From: Adineta vaga
Taxonomy: Eukaryota; Animalia; Rotifera
Reading direction: 5' to 3'
Length of the DNA: 64,000 nucleotides
Assembly: GCA_021613535.1 (NCBI GenBank)
Contig: CP075492.1
Location: 6,882,001-6,946,000, forward strand
The position numbers were made by a program, and so were the translations under genes. Every line of letters begins with the position of its first letter. The stretch's first letter is position 1. Below are positions 1 through 13,673 of the stretch, piece by piece. The notes below the pieces were generated by a model, which was not told where the DNA came from, did no database searches, and worked only from the letters and a program-made list of their open reading frames with translations.

Positions 1-1579
1 TTTGAATGCATGTAATGAAAATTTCAATCCATGTCAAAATAATGGGCGATGTTTACGAACAGCAAATGGTTACAAGTAAGTTATTAACAATTCAACAAAC
101 GAATAGAATAGTTTTGGGATGGAAATTTTGATTTAGATGCGATTGTCCTATGGATTTCGACGGAATTAATTGCACAGAGCGTATCAATAAATGCTCAAAT
201 CATGCCTGTCAATTTGGTGTCTGTATTAATGATGATCATGGATATACATGCAAATGTGATGTTGGTTTTACTGGAAAATATTGTGAAATTGCTCCTCAAC
301 TTAAATCATCAGAATTACTTGTAAATCAAAGTAGCATTTCACCACTGAAATGTACATCAGATATCTGTTCGAATAATGGCAACTGCTATGAAGAATCGAT
401 TGATACTCTTCGTTGTCGTTGCTTCGCAGGTTATACTGGTGATCGATGTAAAATGTTCAAGAGTGTTCATTCAAAAACAAATGATTCTTTCATACAATTG
501 CCCAAACCAAATGTACATCCACGTTTAAATGTAACAATTGTGTTTAGTACAATGGAAAATAGTGGCATATTAGTTTATTTTGGTCATTTGGGACATTTTG
601 TTGCAGAATTGTACATGGGACGTATTCGTATTAGTTACGATATTGAAAATTCACCTGGATCAGTTATATTTAGTTATGATGCTGTCAATGATGGTGAGTA
701 TCACAAAATAAACTTAACTTATAGTGTAGAATAAGAAGAGTTATTTTGTTTTTTTGTAGGAAATATTCATGAACTACAATTGATTAGTATAGGAAGAAAT
801 CTTAGTTTAACAGTCGATCGAGGTTACACAAGACATATTATTAATCGTGGTATTCATACTTATATGAATACTAGCGATATACGTGCTTTATATATCGGTG
901 GTGTACCAAATGAATTGATTGATAGAGCACTTCAACTATGGCATATTCGTGAAGCAACTTCGTTTCAAGGTAATTTGTCTTCACATGTTTATCCTTCAAT
1001 ACAGAAGCATACATCTTTAATCATGTATAGTTTACGTTTATTATCCTTTATTTAAGGTTGTATTCATGCACTTTATGTAAATAATGATCCAATCAACTTT
1101 GCTAATGTTGATTATCGTCATAGAATCTTACCTGGTTGTGAAATAAATGAACAAAATAAATTGCCATGTACAACATCAACTTGTCAACATGGACAATGTC
1201 TTCTCGATGGTTTAACTTATAAATGTCGATGTTACAATGGTTTTAGTGGATCCACATGTAGTGAAGGTAAGTTGTGATATCAATCATCATATTGTATTGA
1301 GTTATTCTCATTAAAGCATCAACTGTACCTCGTTCATGTGGGTTAAATATCGAAACTGGATATTACATCGATCCAACAACGAAATGTTCGAGTGTGAAAC
1401 GATTACGTATGACTAAATGCATTGGGAAATGTTCATCTTCTAATGCTACAATAGCATCATGTTGTACACCAGTTGAATCGAAACGTCGATACTTTCGAAT
1501 GAAATGTGCAAGTGGTTTTACTTATAGACAATCGCTTGACTTTTTTCGACAATGTAAATGTTCCACAACTGTTTGCTAA
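1..1579 (+). CDS. slit: Slit homolog, 3' part (EGF repeats, laminin-G domain, EGF, C-terminal cystine knot); 5' end lies outside the window
   Basis: Spliced exons <1-75, 137-693, 760-969, 1057-1266, 1317-1579 with GT-AG introns. EGF motifs (CKCDVGFTGKYCE, CRCFAGYTGDRC), LamG (FVAELYMGRIRISYD, LYIGGVP..SFQGCI) and a CT knot (CIGKC..CCTP..CKC). This is the domain order of Slit. Confidence 0.88.
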
Positions 1580-2194
1580 TTTTTCAAAAAATATCAGTCA
1601 GGTTGAAGCGTCCGAACAGCGAAAGAAAACACTCAGGGCTTATTAATATTTACTGTGTAACGTTTGTTTTTTTTCGTTTTATTTACTTTTCTTCTACGTA
1701 CTTTTGAATTGTATTGTATTTGCTATTTCTTAGTTGAATATTTTTATAAATGAAATATATTCATTGTCACTTTGTTTTATTGAAATGACAATGAAGAATT
1801 GCAGAGTGTGGATGTGGAAGGATAAATTTCATTTCTACATCTATATGCACATCCATACCTCGTTTACTTGATGCTCTGAATTATTAACAGCATAACTAAC
1901 TTGCGTCACTGATTTCTTTAAAGTTTAATAATAAAACTTGCGCTGAAAAAGATCAGGATAGTAAAAGAGATGAAAAGATTTTTCATCAAACGTCTGTATA
2001 TTCCTATTTGTTCTAGTTAAACTTTGTTTACATGGAAAACGCTCTTTTCACTTTACTTCAAAGAAAACTAACTGTGTTCTGTGAACTATATCGTGTGAAA
2101 ATAATGGTTGGCGCAAACGTCATCGACTGACGTATTATGTTTATATATAATACACGTTCGAAACGTATATTTTCTTGTTTATCATTTACTGATC

Positions 2195-3248
2195 ATGAGT
2201 AGTAATATGAGTTCTGCTGAAGAATATCTTCGACGTACCACTGATTGGATGACAACAATTAGTTTATTTGCATTGCTTTTCATCGGTCCATTTGGTTGTC
2301 TTTGTAATATTCTTATATTCACATCCAAACAATTAACGAAAAGTTCATGTGCCTTTTATTTTCGATGCACAGCTATTTTTGAATTTTGCATCTTATGTTT
2401 TGGTGGAATATCTCGACTTGCCAGCGAACATTTTGGAAAAAATCTTCTCAATGAAAATCAAATCTATTGTAAATTTCGCTCTTATCTCATCACAGCAATG
2501 GGTACAATAGCTACCTATTTTATTCTACTCGCAGCAGTCGATCGTTGTATGATTACATCAGTTCATATTCGATATCGAGCATTTGGTCAGATTAAAATTG
2601 CTTATCGTATGTCTTTAGGAATTATTCTTATCGGAATGATTGTTACTATACATGCTTATGTCTATTTTGATCTTCGACCCTTATGTACACCACAACCAGG
2701 TGTTTATTCAATTTTTTATAGTGTTTACATTACGGTTTTGGCTAGTATATTACCTGATGGATTGATATTGATATTTACTTTGTGGACATTGATAAATGCA
2801 CAACATGTAAGAAAGCGTTTGTCAACAACTCAATTAGCAAACACACGACAACAACGACATGTTCAGAAAACCGAAGCACATCTTCTCATTGTAAGTTTCC
2901 ATGTGACTTTTATCTAAGTTTTTATATTCTGTTATTTTACAGATGATGATATCGCAAGCATTAATCACAGTTCTTCTTGATATACCACGAGTATCGTGTT
3001 ATTCTTATTATTTTTTAACTGCAAATACGCCTAAAAGTTCTTATCAAACTCTTGTTAATATATTCATATTTCAATTTAGTAACATCTTATTATATATGAA
3101 TTATTCAAAATCGTTCTATGTCTATACACTTGCTAGCGGTCTCTTTCGTAAGATAGGTCGTACAAGAATCACACACTTCTATCGTAAAGCATCTGGATTC
3201 ACACGAAACAGTCGTATTCATCCGAATACAGATGTACATCAACATTAA
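2195..3248 (+). CDS. Rhodopsin-like (class A) orphan GPCR
   Basis: ATG at 2195, intron 2891-2942, seven hydrophobic segments, TM1 GCLCN, TM3 AAVDRC, TM7 SKSFYVYTL..LFR. Confidence 0.85.
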
Positions 3249-3466
3249 CACTGTATTTGTGACAATATTATGTATGTGTTGTGATTTCAATAAATTTCTA
3301 GAAACTATTGTAAACATGTTCTTTGTGATGTTCTATGATGATTACCATTGGTACGATTAGCTATTGACCTGTAAAATATAAGTATTAAGTAACATCTCAG
3401 TCAAAGTACTTGGATATATTTATTCATGTCTTCAAACTGTTAGAGGAAAAAAGTGAATAAATGAAA

Positions 3467-4234
3467 TCATTCTATTTTGTTCGGAGAAGATTTCGGTTTG
3501 TTCGAAGATGATATCAAATAATGTTGAAAAAAAAACTTTAAAAAGAACAAACAATAAACAGGAACAAGTGCAAAAGGAATAGAAAATTCTAATGGATGTT
3601 CCCGAGGAAAATGTCGATACTTAGGACATACGTTTGGAACGATATACCAAACATACGTAGCAGTAATAAGTTGTACAATTTGTATTGCTGTTAGAATAGG
3701 CCGAAAAAATTTCGGTAAACGAAATGCAAAATGATAATACATTAATGTGTGAACAAGACCATTAAAAAAGACACTACCTTTTTCTCCACCAGGAAAATTC
3801 ATACAAACTAGAAATAATAAAAACGTTGTTGCATGATGATAAATATGAAGAAAACCAATCTTTTTCAATGAATGCCCTTTCCAGATAAGAATAGCTGTAT
3901 CGAACCATTCCCAAATTTTCGATAAAGTAAATGTTAATGTAACAATTCGAAGCCAAGATGGTATTGGTACACAAAGAAAATCGAATCCATTTGTGACTTC
4001 GCGTGATTGAATCAGATGATACAAAACACACAGAGATGCAAATAATGAATAGAAAAATAGTAGTACATGGTGAAGTTTTGCGAAAAAATGAATGGATTTT
4101 GGTGAGAGTTTGGATGTGAATAATGGAAAAATGATTGAAATAATGAATAGATATAATAAACATGATCCAAAAGATATCACATAAGTCCATGGTGGAGAGA
4201 TATTTATGGTTTGATCCGTATATGGAATTTCCAT
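3467..4234 (-). CDS. ELO/GNS1-SUR4 family fatty acid elongase, intronless
   Basis: KIWEWFDT, FLHIYHH histidine box, NGLVHTLMYYHF and TAIQIVQ motifs, multiple TM segments, C-terminal Lys. Start is 4234 (MEIPY) or 4279. Confidence 0.9.
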   Translation of the reverse strand: MEIPYTDQTINISPPWTYVISFGSCLLYLFIISIIFPLFTSKLSPKSIHFFAKLHHVLLFFYSLFASLCVLYHLIQSREVTNGFDFLCVPIPSWLRIVTLTFTLSKIWEWFDTAILIWKGHSLKKIGFLHIYHHATTFLLFLVCMNFPGGEKGSVFFNGLVHTLMYYHFAFRLPKFFRPILTAIQIVQLITATYVWYIVPNVCPKYRHFPREHPLEFSIPFALVPVYCLFFLKFFFQHYLISSSNKPKSSPNKIE

Positions 4235-4937
4235 TCGGAAATGTTTGAATAGAAATGAATATAATGATACTTTCGACATGTTTTCTAGAAAAATGAAATT
4301 TAATCATTATTATAACTTCGAACAAATGTCTTCACGATCGTTTCCAGTATGCGGAAAAAAAAAGAATGAGAAGAAAAGTCAAGAGTTGAAATATTCTCTT
4401 CTCGGCCTTTTCAAGGTATTTTTCTCCTGCTAAGTTACCAGATATCGCTTATATAACCATGCCTGTAGTGTAGTGTAATAAAATAACTGTCATGTACTGT
4501 CTTGCGAGTAAACCTTAGATAAGAATTATCAAGCACTCTTACGATCATGTTATATAACGCGACTTTTTAGGTCAAAGGCTCGTCTTTTTAACAGACGATT
4601 GTTACGGTTAATGAGTAATAGAATAGCATAAGACGATTTACTTTGAATTAACCAATCAGAATGAATATCATTTCACCAATGAAACGAAACGTGAGGTGTC
4701 TCGACTAGTTTGTTGCTAATTTATCATCGATTGCTAAAATATATATTAAATAAGTTAATCCTATACTATCATTGGTGATCTATTTTTTCTTTATAGACGT
4801 TGACTGTCTTTTAAGGTCTAATACTAGTAATGTATGTGTGCTGATTCCTAGTTTCATACATTCTCTAAAATAGAATTGAGTTTGTCAAAGAATATTTATT
4901 TGAAAATCAAGATTAAATGTTAGAAATTTCAAGGTTC

Positions 4938-6109
4938 TTATTGATGAATTATTGAAGGTATAAGAAATGTTGTCATTTCATAGAGCATCTTTGGAAACCA
5001 ATGAATACCAATTATTTCATTTGACATCTTTGCTTTTCCAAACCAATTATACCACCATCGCATAGGTGCCAATGCTGCATGAGCAATATAATGATTATTA
5101 ATTGTTGCATAACATGAAGCAGCAATATTATTAACAAGAATAGTACCTTCCTGTGTTAATGGAGCCATATATCCTTGTTTAACAATATCAATCACATTAG
5201 AAACAGTTTCACTGAGTAATACACCATTGTTATTCATAACAAAGATAGTCATACCAGCACGAATATTCTTAGCCATGATATAATCATATGTACCAGTAAG
5301 AAGAAGATGAGATGATGTTAAAGATAATTGTTGACCAGAAACTGTCGTTACTTGTTTGAAGAGAGCTATCAAAAAACGAAATATATAAAATGTACTTAAA
5401 GGAAAAAGATTACCGAATTGTGTAGGTTGATAATCCAACATAGTTAATATAGGAGTAGAAACAATCTGTTTTGTTTTATCATTATAAGCTAGAATTACAT
5501 CATTTGATTGTAATTCATTCATTTGTTTTTGTTGTCCATTTACTAATGTAACAAGTGAATCGGCAGCAAAACAACGTTGTCCAGAAAATAAACCATCTAA
5601 ACAGAGTAGAATTCGATTCACATACAAAACTCAACAATATCAAAATATCACAAACTTCGAAGAGAACATTTCGTATTGTTTCTAGCTGGACAACAATTTT
5701 CAGCTAAGGATGACATTTCTTTTAATGCTGCTCTACCAATCTAGATAAACAAATAAATAGTTCTACGAAAATTTCTATAATCTATCTACCTCTGCAGCTA
5801 CACATTCACCTAATTCTTCTTTTGCACATCTAATCACATCAACAGCAACATCACAGATCATTTTTACATCTAAATTAACAATTCCTATTTCATTTCTATT
5901 TACACTATTTGACTAACCATTTATCGCTGCACCATACAATCCCGATGTTAAATAACGTAGACATTCAACAATTTGTTTCGGATTGTCGCTGAGTGGACAA
6001 TTAGCATGTACAACTATTGTCCATACACTAATAAGAATTGTTAATTTGAATATTATCTAAATGTACGTATGAAATGATTGAAATGATCACCTATTCATTT
6101 CGTTACCAT
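4938..6109 (-). CDS. Hedgehog-related secreted protein: signal peptide, Cys-rich N-terminal domain and Hog (Hint plus sterol-recognition-like) domain
   Basis: Spliced model: ATG-only exon 6107-6109, then MIIFKLTILISVWTIVVHA-NCPLSDNP...CCPARNNTKCSLR-NGLFSGQR|CFAADSLV...MLD...LTSSHLL...GYMAPLTQEGTILVNNIAASCYA...HAALAPMRW...GIHWFPKML. One intron (5366-5413) lies inside the Hint domain. Confidence 0.88.
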
Positions 6110-6545
6110 TTTCTGATCAGAAGAACAATGAAATCGAAATGCTACGTATTTGAATATCAATCGATGAAGAAATGATTTCGCTTTTTTGTCAATTAAATCA
6201 CAATTTATCGTCATTAGAACAACGAATCAAATTACAAATCCTTATGTTTTTCAATTAATAATTGAAAAAAGAATGAATAGAGCATATTCTATTGTTTCTA
6301 TTTCAAATCATGACTAAAAATCCAATCTGGTCTTTATCAAAAAAGTATTTCGTTGAAAATTAGATAACAAGAATAAAATTTTTTTTTATTTCATGTGTAC
6401 AAAAGAAAATCAATCTGTGATAACTCTAATAAATGCATTCAATCATCGCATTACATGTATTAATAAAAAGAGAAGAGGATTTTATTATCAGTCATAAACC
6501 TAAAAAAACAAACGAACGAATAATGAGATTTTTATTTTGAAATTT

Positions 6546-8700
6546 TCATTTGTCACATACTTTTTGTACCGTTCTATCGTAAAGTGAAAGTGATTGTTGA
6601 GATGAACGATAATGTAAATAAAGAATACCAATACTAAATAATGCCGACAGTAAAAATATGCAATCAAACCAACGATGATAAAAATTAAATTCTAAATTCC
6701 CAAGAACTTGAGAAATAATTTCTCTAAAGTAAACAATTTTTTATCAAAAAGAAAAAGTCGGAAGAAATCAAATCAATTACCGATATTGTGCTGGCATGTT
6801 CATTCGAATAAGAAGTACAGATGATATAAAATACATTCCCTAATAAAATAATAAACATTTTCAACATCATTTTTCCGATTTAAACATCTTACCATTAATT
6901 GAGCAAGACATAAAAATATCACATTTGCTGAACGACTACTTGAAATAAAATAAAAGAACTAGAATACAAGAACATAAAATGAATGACTCTATTATCAAGA
7001 TTACGATTATCAAACTTTTGTTAATGTGATTAATAAACCACGAATACTTGTAACAACAATAATTCCAATTAAAATAAATGATACATATTGAGACCAGAAT
7101 TGTACATCAAATTCCCAATCAAAATAATGAACTGTTAATTCTATTCCTTTCGTCACCGGATCAACTAAAAGAATTTTTCTTGTTGTTTTTTTACTTTCTA
7201 TTCGATTAGATACAAATGTAACAATACCTTTTCCTACTCGATTAAAAATAATATTTATCGATGAAATCATTATTTTCCATATACAATATAATGAAAAGAA
7301 ATGTCCTAAAACATGATAATATTTTCCTTGGAAAGTTTTCGAATATTCAATTCGTTGTTGTAAGGCTCGTAAATCAACTAAATCACTATATAATTGAGAA
7401 TAGATTTCTTCATATGTTAATATATCTTGTTTAATTAATGATATATCATTCGAATACAAGGAAATTTGATTCGTTAATTTCAATGAAAATCGAGAATTAA
7501 ATGTTCGACGAAGAAAATTCCATGGACTATTCATATTGAGTGTTGATGATATCATTCGTATAGAATTCTCATGTTCAATCAATGCAACACGTTTCTTTCT
7601 TGTTGCAACCATTTCCATGACTTGTTTTAATCGTTTTTGTGCATCTCTTATATCTTTATCAGTTATAGACTAAATACAATCATAGATTTAGAATAATTTT
7701 CGAAGTTCTCATCGGATTTTTCAACAACAAACATTTCCTATCGATTAATTATACACATGGTTTCTTTTTCTATTATATTTTGACTATTTATTAATAACCG
7801 TATCAATGTTTTTTTTTGTCTACGCTTATTAACTATCATTTCTTATTTTAACGAAACACGAAGGTCTCATGTCCGACACTGTCTGAAACTATATGTATTG
7901 AATAATTTTGTTGCTTACTTTAATAAAATAAGTCATGTATGTATACGGACAATTGACAGCTAGAATCATCGAAGAGAAATCTTTAGAATTTTATTTGAAA
8001 AAATGAATTCACTTACCACCAAATCCACTTAGAATAGCCATGGTTGTAACGCCAATAATTCCTACTCGACTTATACAAAATTCCATACTAAAGAATTCTT
8101 CTCGATTAGAAATTGGAAATGGATTGCCTAGTTTCCAAAAAATATATAAATAAAAACACCAGGCAACAATTGTCAAAATCAATACCAGACGAAAATCACG
8201 AACTAAAAGAAATGATTCACATATAAATATGTCCTATATTCATTCGAATGATTATTACCAATTTTAATTGTATTTAATAATAAATAAGCGATATAAAATG
8301 GAATAAGAAAGACTAATAGAAAAAGCATCGAATAAAGTTCCATTTGCCAATAGAGATAACGTGATCTAAAGAGACAAAATTATGTTTTAGAGAAGAAGAA
8401 GAAGAAGAAAAAACTAATAAACATTATACATTGGATTTAAAAGACCAAGAATTTCGAAGATAATTAATTCAAACATCATACAACTTAATGCAAATATTAA
8501 TGCAAATGAAAGAATAACAAATCCATTTCTCACACCATAGGTTTGACCAAGTTGACGAACAAAAAACATCCAACCGCCAATAAAAAAAGCGATCTAAATC
8601 ATCAATTGAATTTTAATAAAAAAAGAAACATCATCTTTTTCAAAACTATCAAACATACTTGAGATATTGTTACGACAACGGTATCTGTAAAAAAAGACAT
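6546..8700 (-). CDS. GPR89: Golgi pH regulator / GPR89
   Basis: Multi-exon: [98 protein letters not shown]. Confidence 0.93.
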
Positions 8701-10664
8701 TTGTAAATCTATTTAAACCATCTGATCAAAATAAATTATAGCACCATTGAAATATTCATATAAATCTGAAAGAATAAATATATTACTACAACTGAATTCT
8801 TATCCGAGTCATCATATCATATGCATCTTGTAACTAGCTGACTACTACATGAAAATATGTAGATGTAGAGTAGCAACAGATTTGTCGTTAGTATATATCG
8901 AATCAAATTATTACTCATGATGGTTTTTGAAGAATATTAATTGACATAATCAGAAATGTACGTTTGTATGTATTTGATCTGAATAAATGCAAAATGAAAT
9001 GTGAAAATTACGCTATAGATGACGCTAAATATAAGTAATGTGTTGATATTTTTGTACAGTATTGGAATGAAACTGTTATTGTCGTAAATTATTCACATTT
9101 AGTTAGATACATAGTTAATCAGTTGGAGAAATAGATAGTTAGTCAACTGGAATTATTTTGATATTATCAAATACACAACATAAAGAAAAACTTGTCGTTT
9201 GTTTTCGTCACATGTACGTTTTTCATTAATAAGCTTAAATATACATGATGAAAAGATCTCAACATATGTTTGACAAAATATTTGTCAATTTCTTTTCAAT
9301 CATTGAATTCTTATCTTTTATATCAATATGTAATTCTATTATCTCAAGTTTTGGTTTCTATACTATTCTATTCGAGTTGTTTTATAATATAATTAGTGTC
9401 AATATCTTTGTTTTTACAAATAAAAAAGTAACATTCAATAAGCAATCAATAGATTCATTTGTACCAAATGTATTTGTTATAGAATTGACCTTCGTAGATC
9501 TTTACAATATTTACTCCAACAAGAAATTTCTTAATTTATCAATAGAAACAAACGAATTTTCTCTCACTCTCTAGTTCATCACTTATCAATCACCCCCGAG
9601 ATAATTTTACTCTTCAATAACAATATTTGATCATCAAGAGCATCTTAATCGTATCTTTGCATTAAGTATGAACATTCATTGATTTTGCATTTCTACACAT
9701 GTATATATTAAATATTTTGTCATTCGATCAATCATAGTATGTGACATTTGTTAATAAAGTGTGTCGAAAATGAGCTGACCTTTTTCAGCTAAATGATCCT
9801 CTATTGTGTGTATGTATGTGATAATGTCGAAGAAAAGAAAAACCCAATGTGTTTTATGTTAACTCATCAAAGATAAATATACTCCTATAGATCATTGTTG
9901 TCATTTATCACTTGAGAAAAGAGACAGAAAAAAGTTGAGCATAAATGCCAATCGATGTTTACGAAATGATGATATTGATCTCTTCCATATACGTTTTCTT
10001 GACTGCCTGTTGTGTAAAACAAATAAGCATCAAATGATGTCTTCTTCTCCTTCTTCTTGTTAGAGCAAGAGAAAGAGAGAGAGAGAAGGACAATGACAAT
10101 GATGATGATAAATTGTCTTACTCTAATGATCTTAACAAACGATATTTAACAGATTTTTTTCATACCTATCAAGTCAAGATCAATGGATTGTAGTTTTTCT
10201 TGTCATTTTGTGGTTTAGTCGTGTGACAATTAATCGTTAGCAATTTAGTTATAGAGAAATATTCTCAAGAGAATTCTAATCAGAATTATGCGCAAAGACA
10301 AAAAAAACATGATTTTTCTTTCTCATATCAATGATGAAACTCGTTTGTAAACGTGTTAAATCCTATTGAAACACTTTGATAGTCAATATCTTTACCTTTT
10401 TTTGTTTCTTTTCCTTCTCGGATATAAACAATGAACTTATTACGTCTTCTCTATATCTCTCTAGAGGCTCATTTCGAAAGAAGAAGAAAAAAATGACATC
10501 GCTTATTATATCATTGAAAGGATTTCCTTGAGTGAATTCTTCATAAAAAGTCATATCCTTTCTTTCTTCCACATTCATCTCTAGTGACGATCAAACCGTC
10601 ATTCACTCATTCATTGTTGTACCCTCGAGCATTGAGACGTCGAACTGATATCAGTTCAGATCAA

Positions 10665-10843
10665 TGTGTGTGTGTGTGTGTATGTGTATCGACACTCAAC
10701 GATGCATTTTAATCGTTCTATCACGTCTTCAAGTCTATCTGACAGGTGAAGTGATGCGATGATCGACTTGACTAACTCAATATGCAAACAAGATACTGTT
10801 TCTTTTCTTCCAATAGACATACGAAAGAGAGAGAGAGAGAGAG
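10665..10843. repeat. Short (TG)n and (GA)n microsatellites
   Basis: tgtgtg run at about 10665-10687 and gagaga run at about 10826-10843. Confidence 0.7.
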
Positions 10844-11440
10844 AAAAACAAACGATTTAAGATACTAACTCGTCGATTTTTGAGTAGGTAAATGAGAAGA
10901 AGAAGAAGATGCATTCCTTGTCTATCTATCACATATAAATGAAGACGTGACTTCCATTTTCTTCTTAGTAAATAGATCTATACATATATATATAAACCCA
11001 TGGATAAAAGAAGCAGTCATATTATCATTCGTCGATGTGACGTAAACGTAGTTGGACATCCGGTGACATCAAATTTGTAAGTGACATACATACCTGTCAG
11101 TAGACGTACAAATTATTTAAATGCTCTTGTCATACACATACATAGTTCAATTTATTCCTGCTGTGACATTTCTTTCATTTGTCTTTTCTCTCCTATTGAG
11201 TTATATCTGAGTAAGTTAACATACTTCTCAAATATGCGCAAGAACGAACGAGATGAAACTTCCTTCGGGAAATTGAATATATATATAAATAATGACTTAA
11301 TTAGTAAAAAGCTTGTTTTTTTTCTTCACTTCTTTTGTCTTTGTATTATGTTGTGTACTCTTTTTTTCTCTCTTCTTTCCAACATGTAAAACATCGATTC
11401 ATACTCTCTTTCTTTTTCTTTCAGATAATTCTCTGAATGA

Positions 11441-12418
11441 ATGAAGCAATCCGTCGCACGTACTCTGATAATTGTATCACTTGTTCTCAGTATGATCTCA
11501 TTTATTTTAAGTTTAATCGCTTTATATTTACCACGTTGGAAATATGTTCAACTTCCACTAACATCATCAGAAATCATTTCAGTTGAAAACAAGCGAATTG
11601 ATCCATTGATACGCGGTGAACTTGAAAAATATACAGATATTCTTTTTCAAAAAGGTTTTTTCTCTTTTTCGAAAATCTAATCATTCAAAACTTTTCTCAT
11701 CCTAGGTCAAATACATTCATTCGGTTTATCATCTCATTGTATAGTTGGTTCACAATGTGGTCAAAATCTTTTACCATCATTTCAAGATACTGATTATACT
11801 TTTTGTCATCATATAAAATACCATCGAGAATGCATTTTTTCTCATTCAATATCTTCTCTGGACAAATGTTATTGTGAAAAACCATCATATATCGGTACAA
11901 TTCATACTCTACTAATTCTAACCATTGTTCTTGAAATTCTATTCTTTATCGTTAATATTCTTCGACTAAATCATTATATTCCTTGTTTAAATGATATACA
12001 ACTTCGTTTAACAGCAACTGTTTCAATTCTATTTTCGTCTTTATTTCTGTTGGTTATTATTATTCAACATAGGAATTATCAATCTTATGAATCATTAATC
12101 TATTTTGAAACTATGCGGGAACATTATTCACGTCGACAAATTTATCCTTTTGCACAAGATTTAGAAGTAATTATTAAGCAAATATTATCAAATTTAGAGA
12201 TACAATCAGGTGCATCATTTCTATTTATTGTATTTGTCTTTATCTTTACAATAATTTCATTTTTTACATCATCAACGGTTGAAATTAAAGAGCAATTGAA
12301 ATTCGATGAAGATGAAAAGAAAACTGAACAAAATCATGTTTTGATTTCAACTCCAGCTACAATGGATCGTTTTATACCGTATGAACAAATACGTTTTCCA
12401 CGACAAACGAAAGTTTAG
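11441..12418 (+). CDS. Claudin/PMP22-like four-TM protein
   Basis: Exons 11441-11654 and 11706-12418 join in frame. TM1 is followed by W...FGLSSHC and a Cys-rich loop, then three more TMs and a C-terminal PDZ-type motif QTKV. Confidence 0.6.
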
Positions 12419-12904
12419 ATTTAATTTGAATAGATCTATATTTTTCTCTTTTCTGTATGTGTTTTGTAGTTTTTAATATTAGATTCGATTTTGTTGGGAA
12501 AGAAAATATATCAAATTTTGCTCAAAATTGAGATGTCATTCGTATCAATTATGAATATTTTCTCGTGTATATCTGCAATTTTCTTCGACGCAATGTTGTG
12601 TCATCGAGATATTCTGAGTTTTCTAAAATTACTTTATCTATCGAGAGAAACATCTTATCGATGAATGGTTACTGATGAAAAACAAAAAAAAAAGATAAAG
12701 TAATATTCATTGGTGATAGAAATGGGTGGATGAATATTTTCCTTTTCTTTTTCTCTTTTCTTAGAATCCATCGTCCATATACGTATATATATATATATAT
12801 ATAGACATCACATATGCCCTGCACGTCTTTATAATCAATGGCAATACATGGAGATAATTTACCATGATCTTTTTTGCGCATTTGTTTTTTAGATTACATA
12901 TAAT

Positions 12905-13246
12905 ATGAAATATTTAACAATTTCGTTTCTTCTCGTTCTCATCGGTTGTTTGTTTGTCTTACAAACAGATGCGTAAGTAGAAGAAAGTCAGTTCTTGTTT
13001 GAAATCTATTTTGTTGTTTATAGATTTTTTAACACTGGAAAAAAGAAAGATGATGCGAAGGGTCAATGTAGTTTATATAAAGGTCGATGTGGTGGAACAA
13101 TTAGTAATAAATGCTGTAAATTACCATTGAAATGTGCTAAGCAAACGAAAGTTTGTGGTAAAGATAAATTATGTTGTGTTAGTGAAGCGGATATTCAACG
13201 TCATAAACAAGAAACTGGAAATTGGATTGCAAATCGTAATGGTTAA
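12905..13246 (+). CDS. Small secreted cationic 8-Cys peptide
   Basis: Exon 12905-12972 encodes the signal peptide MKYLTISFLLVLIGCLFVLQTDA. Intron 12973-13023. Exon 2 encodes the 73-aa mature peptide. AATAAA at about 13324. Confidence 0.8.
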
Positions 13247-13673
13247 TCAATATCGAAAAAAAATGAACATCACATTGAAACTGATTCATTCATACATTGA
13301 ACATTTTATCTTTTTTTGTATTCAATAAATCAGACGAATGTCTACTCTTTAGCGGTACATGTGTATATAGCTTTTACCGTTGCATTGAGTAGGGAAATCG
13401 GTATTTAGTGACATCTTCAGATACAGATGTCGATCTATTCATATTAAATATAGAAAACATATGAAAAACTGGATAATAATAGAGTTTATTGTTATCATAA
13501 ATTCAAAAATTGAATACCTCTGTCATATAAGGTTATAAACACCAACCAATTGATAGGTTTCTAGGATCTTACAATAATATATATACCTGATAAAAAAGAA
13601 TGTTATATTTACTAATAATTCGTGTTATTTACATATCGTCACTCTGTGCAAATAATAATCTGAAATTTAGATC

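Noticed and set aside
3774-4325. 183-aa overlapping ORF
   Set aside because: It is an alternative frame of the elongase with no recognisable motifs.
4938-5580. Hint domain as a self-splicing intein or as true hedgehog
   Set aside because: There is no terminal His-Asn or C-extein (it ends ASCYA plus SRR), and no Hedge signalling domain is present upstream.
9245-10578. Short ORFs in the GPR89-claudin intergenic region
   Set aside because: Low-complexity F/I/N/K composition expected from AT-rich noncoding DNA, with no motifs.
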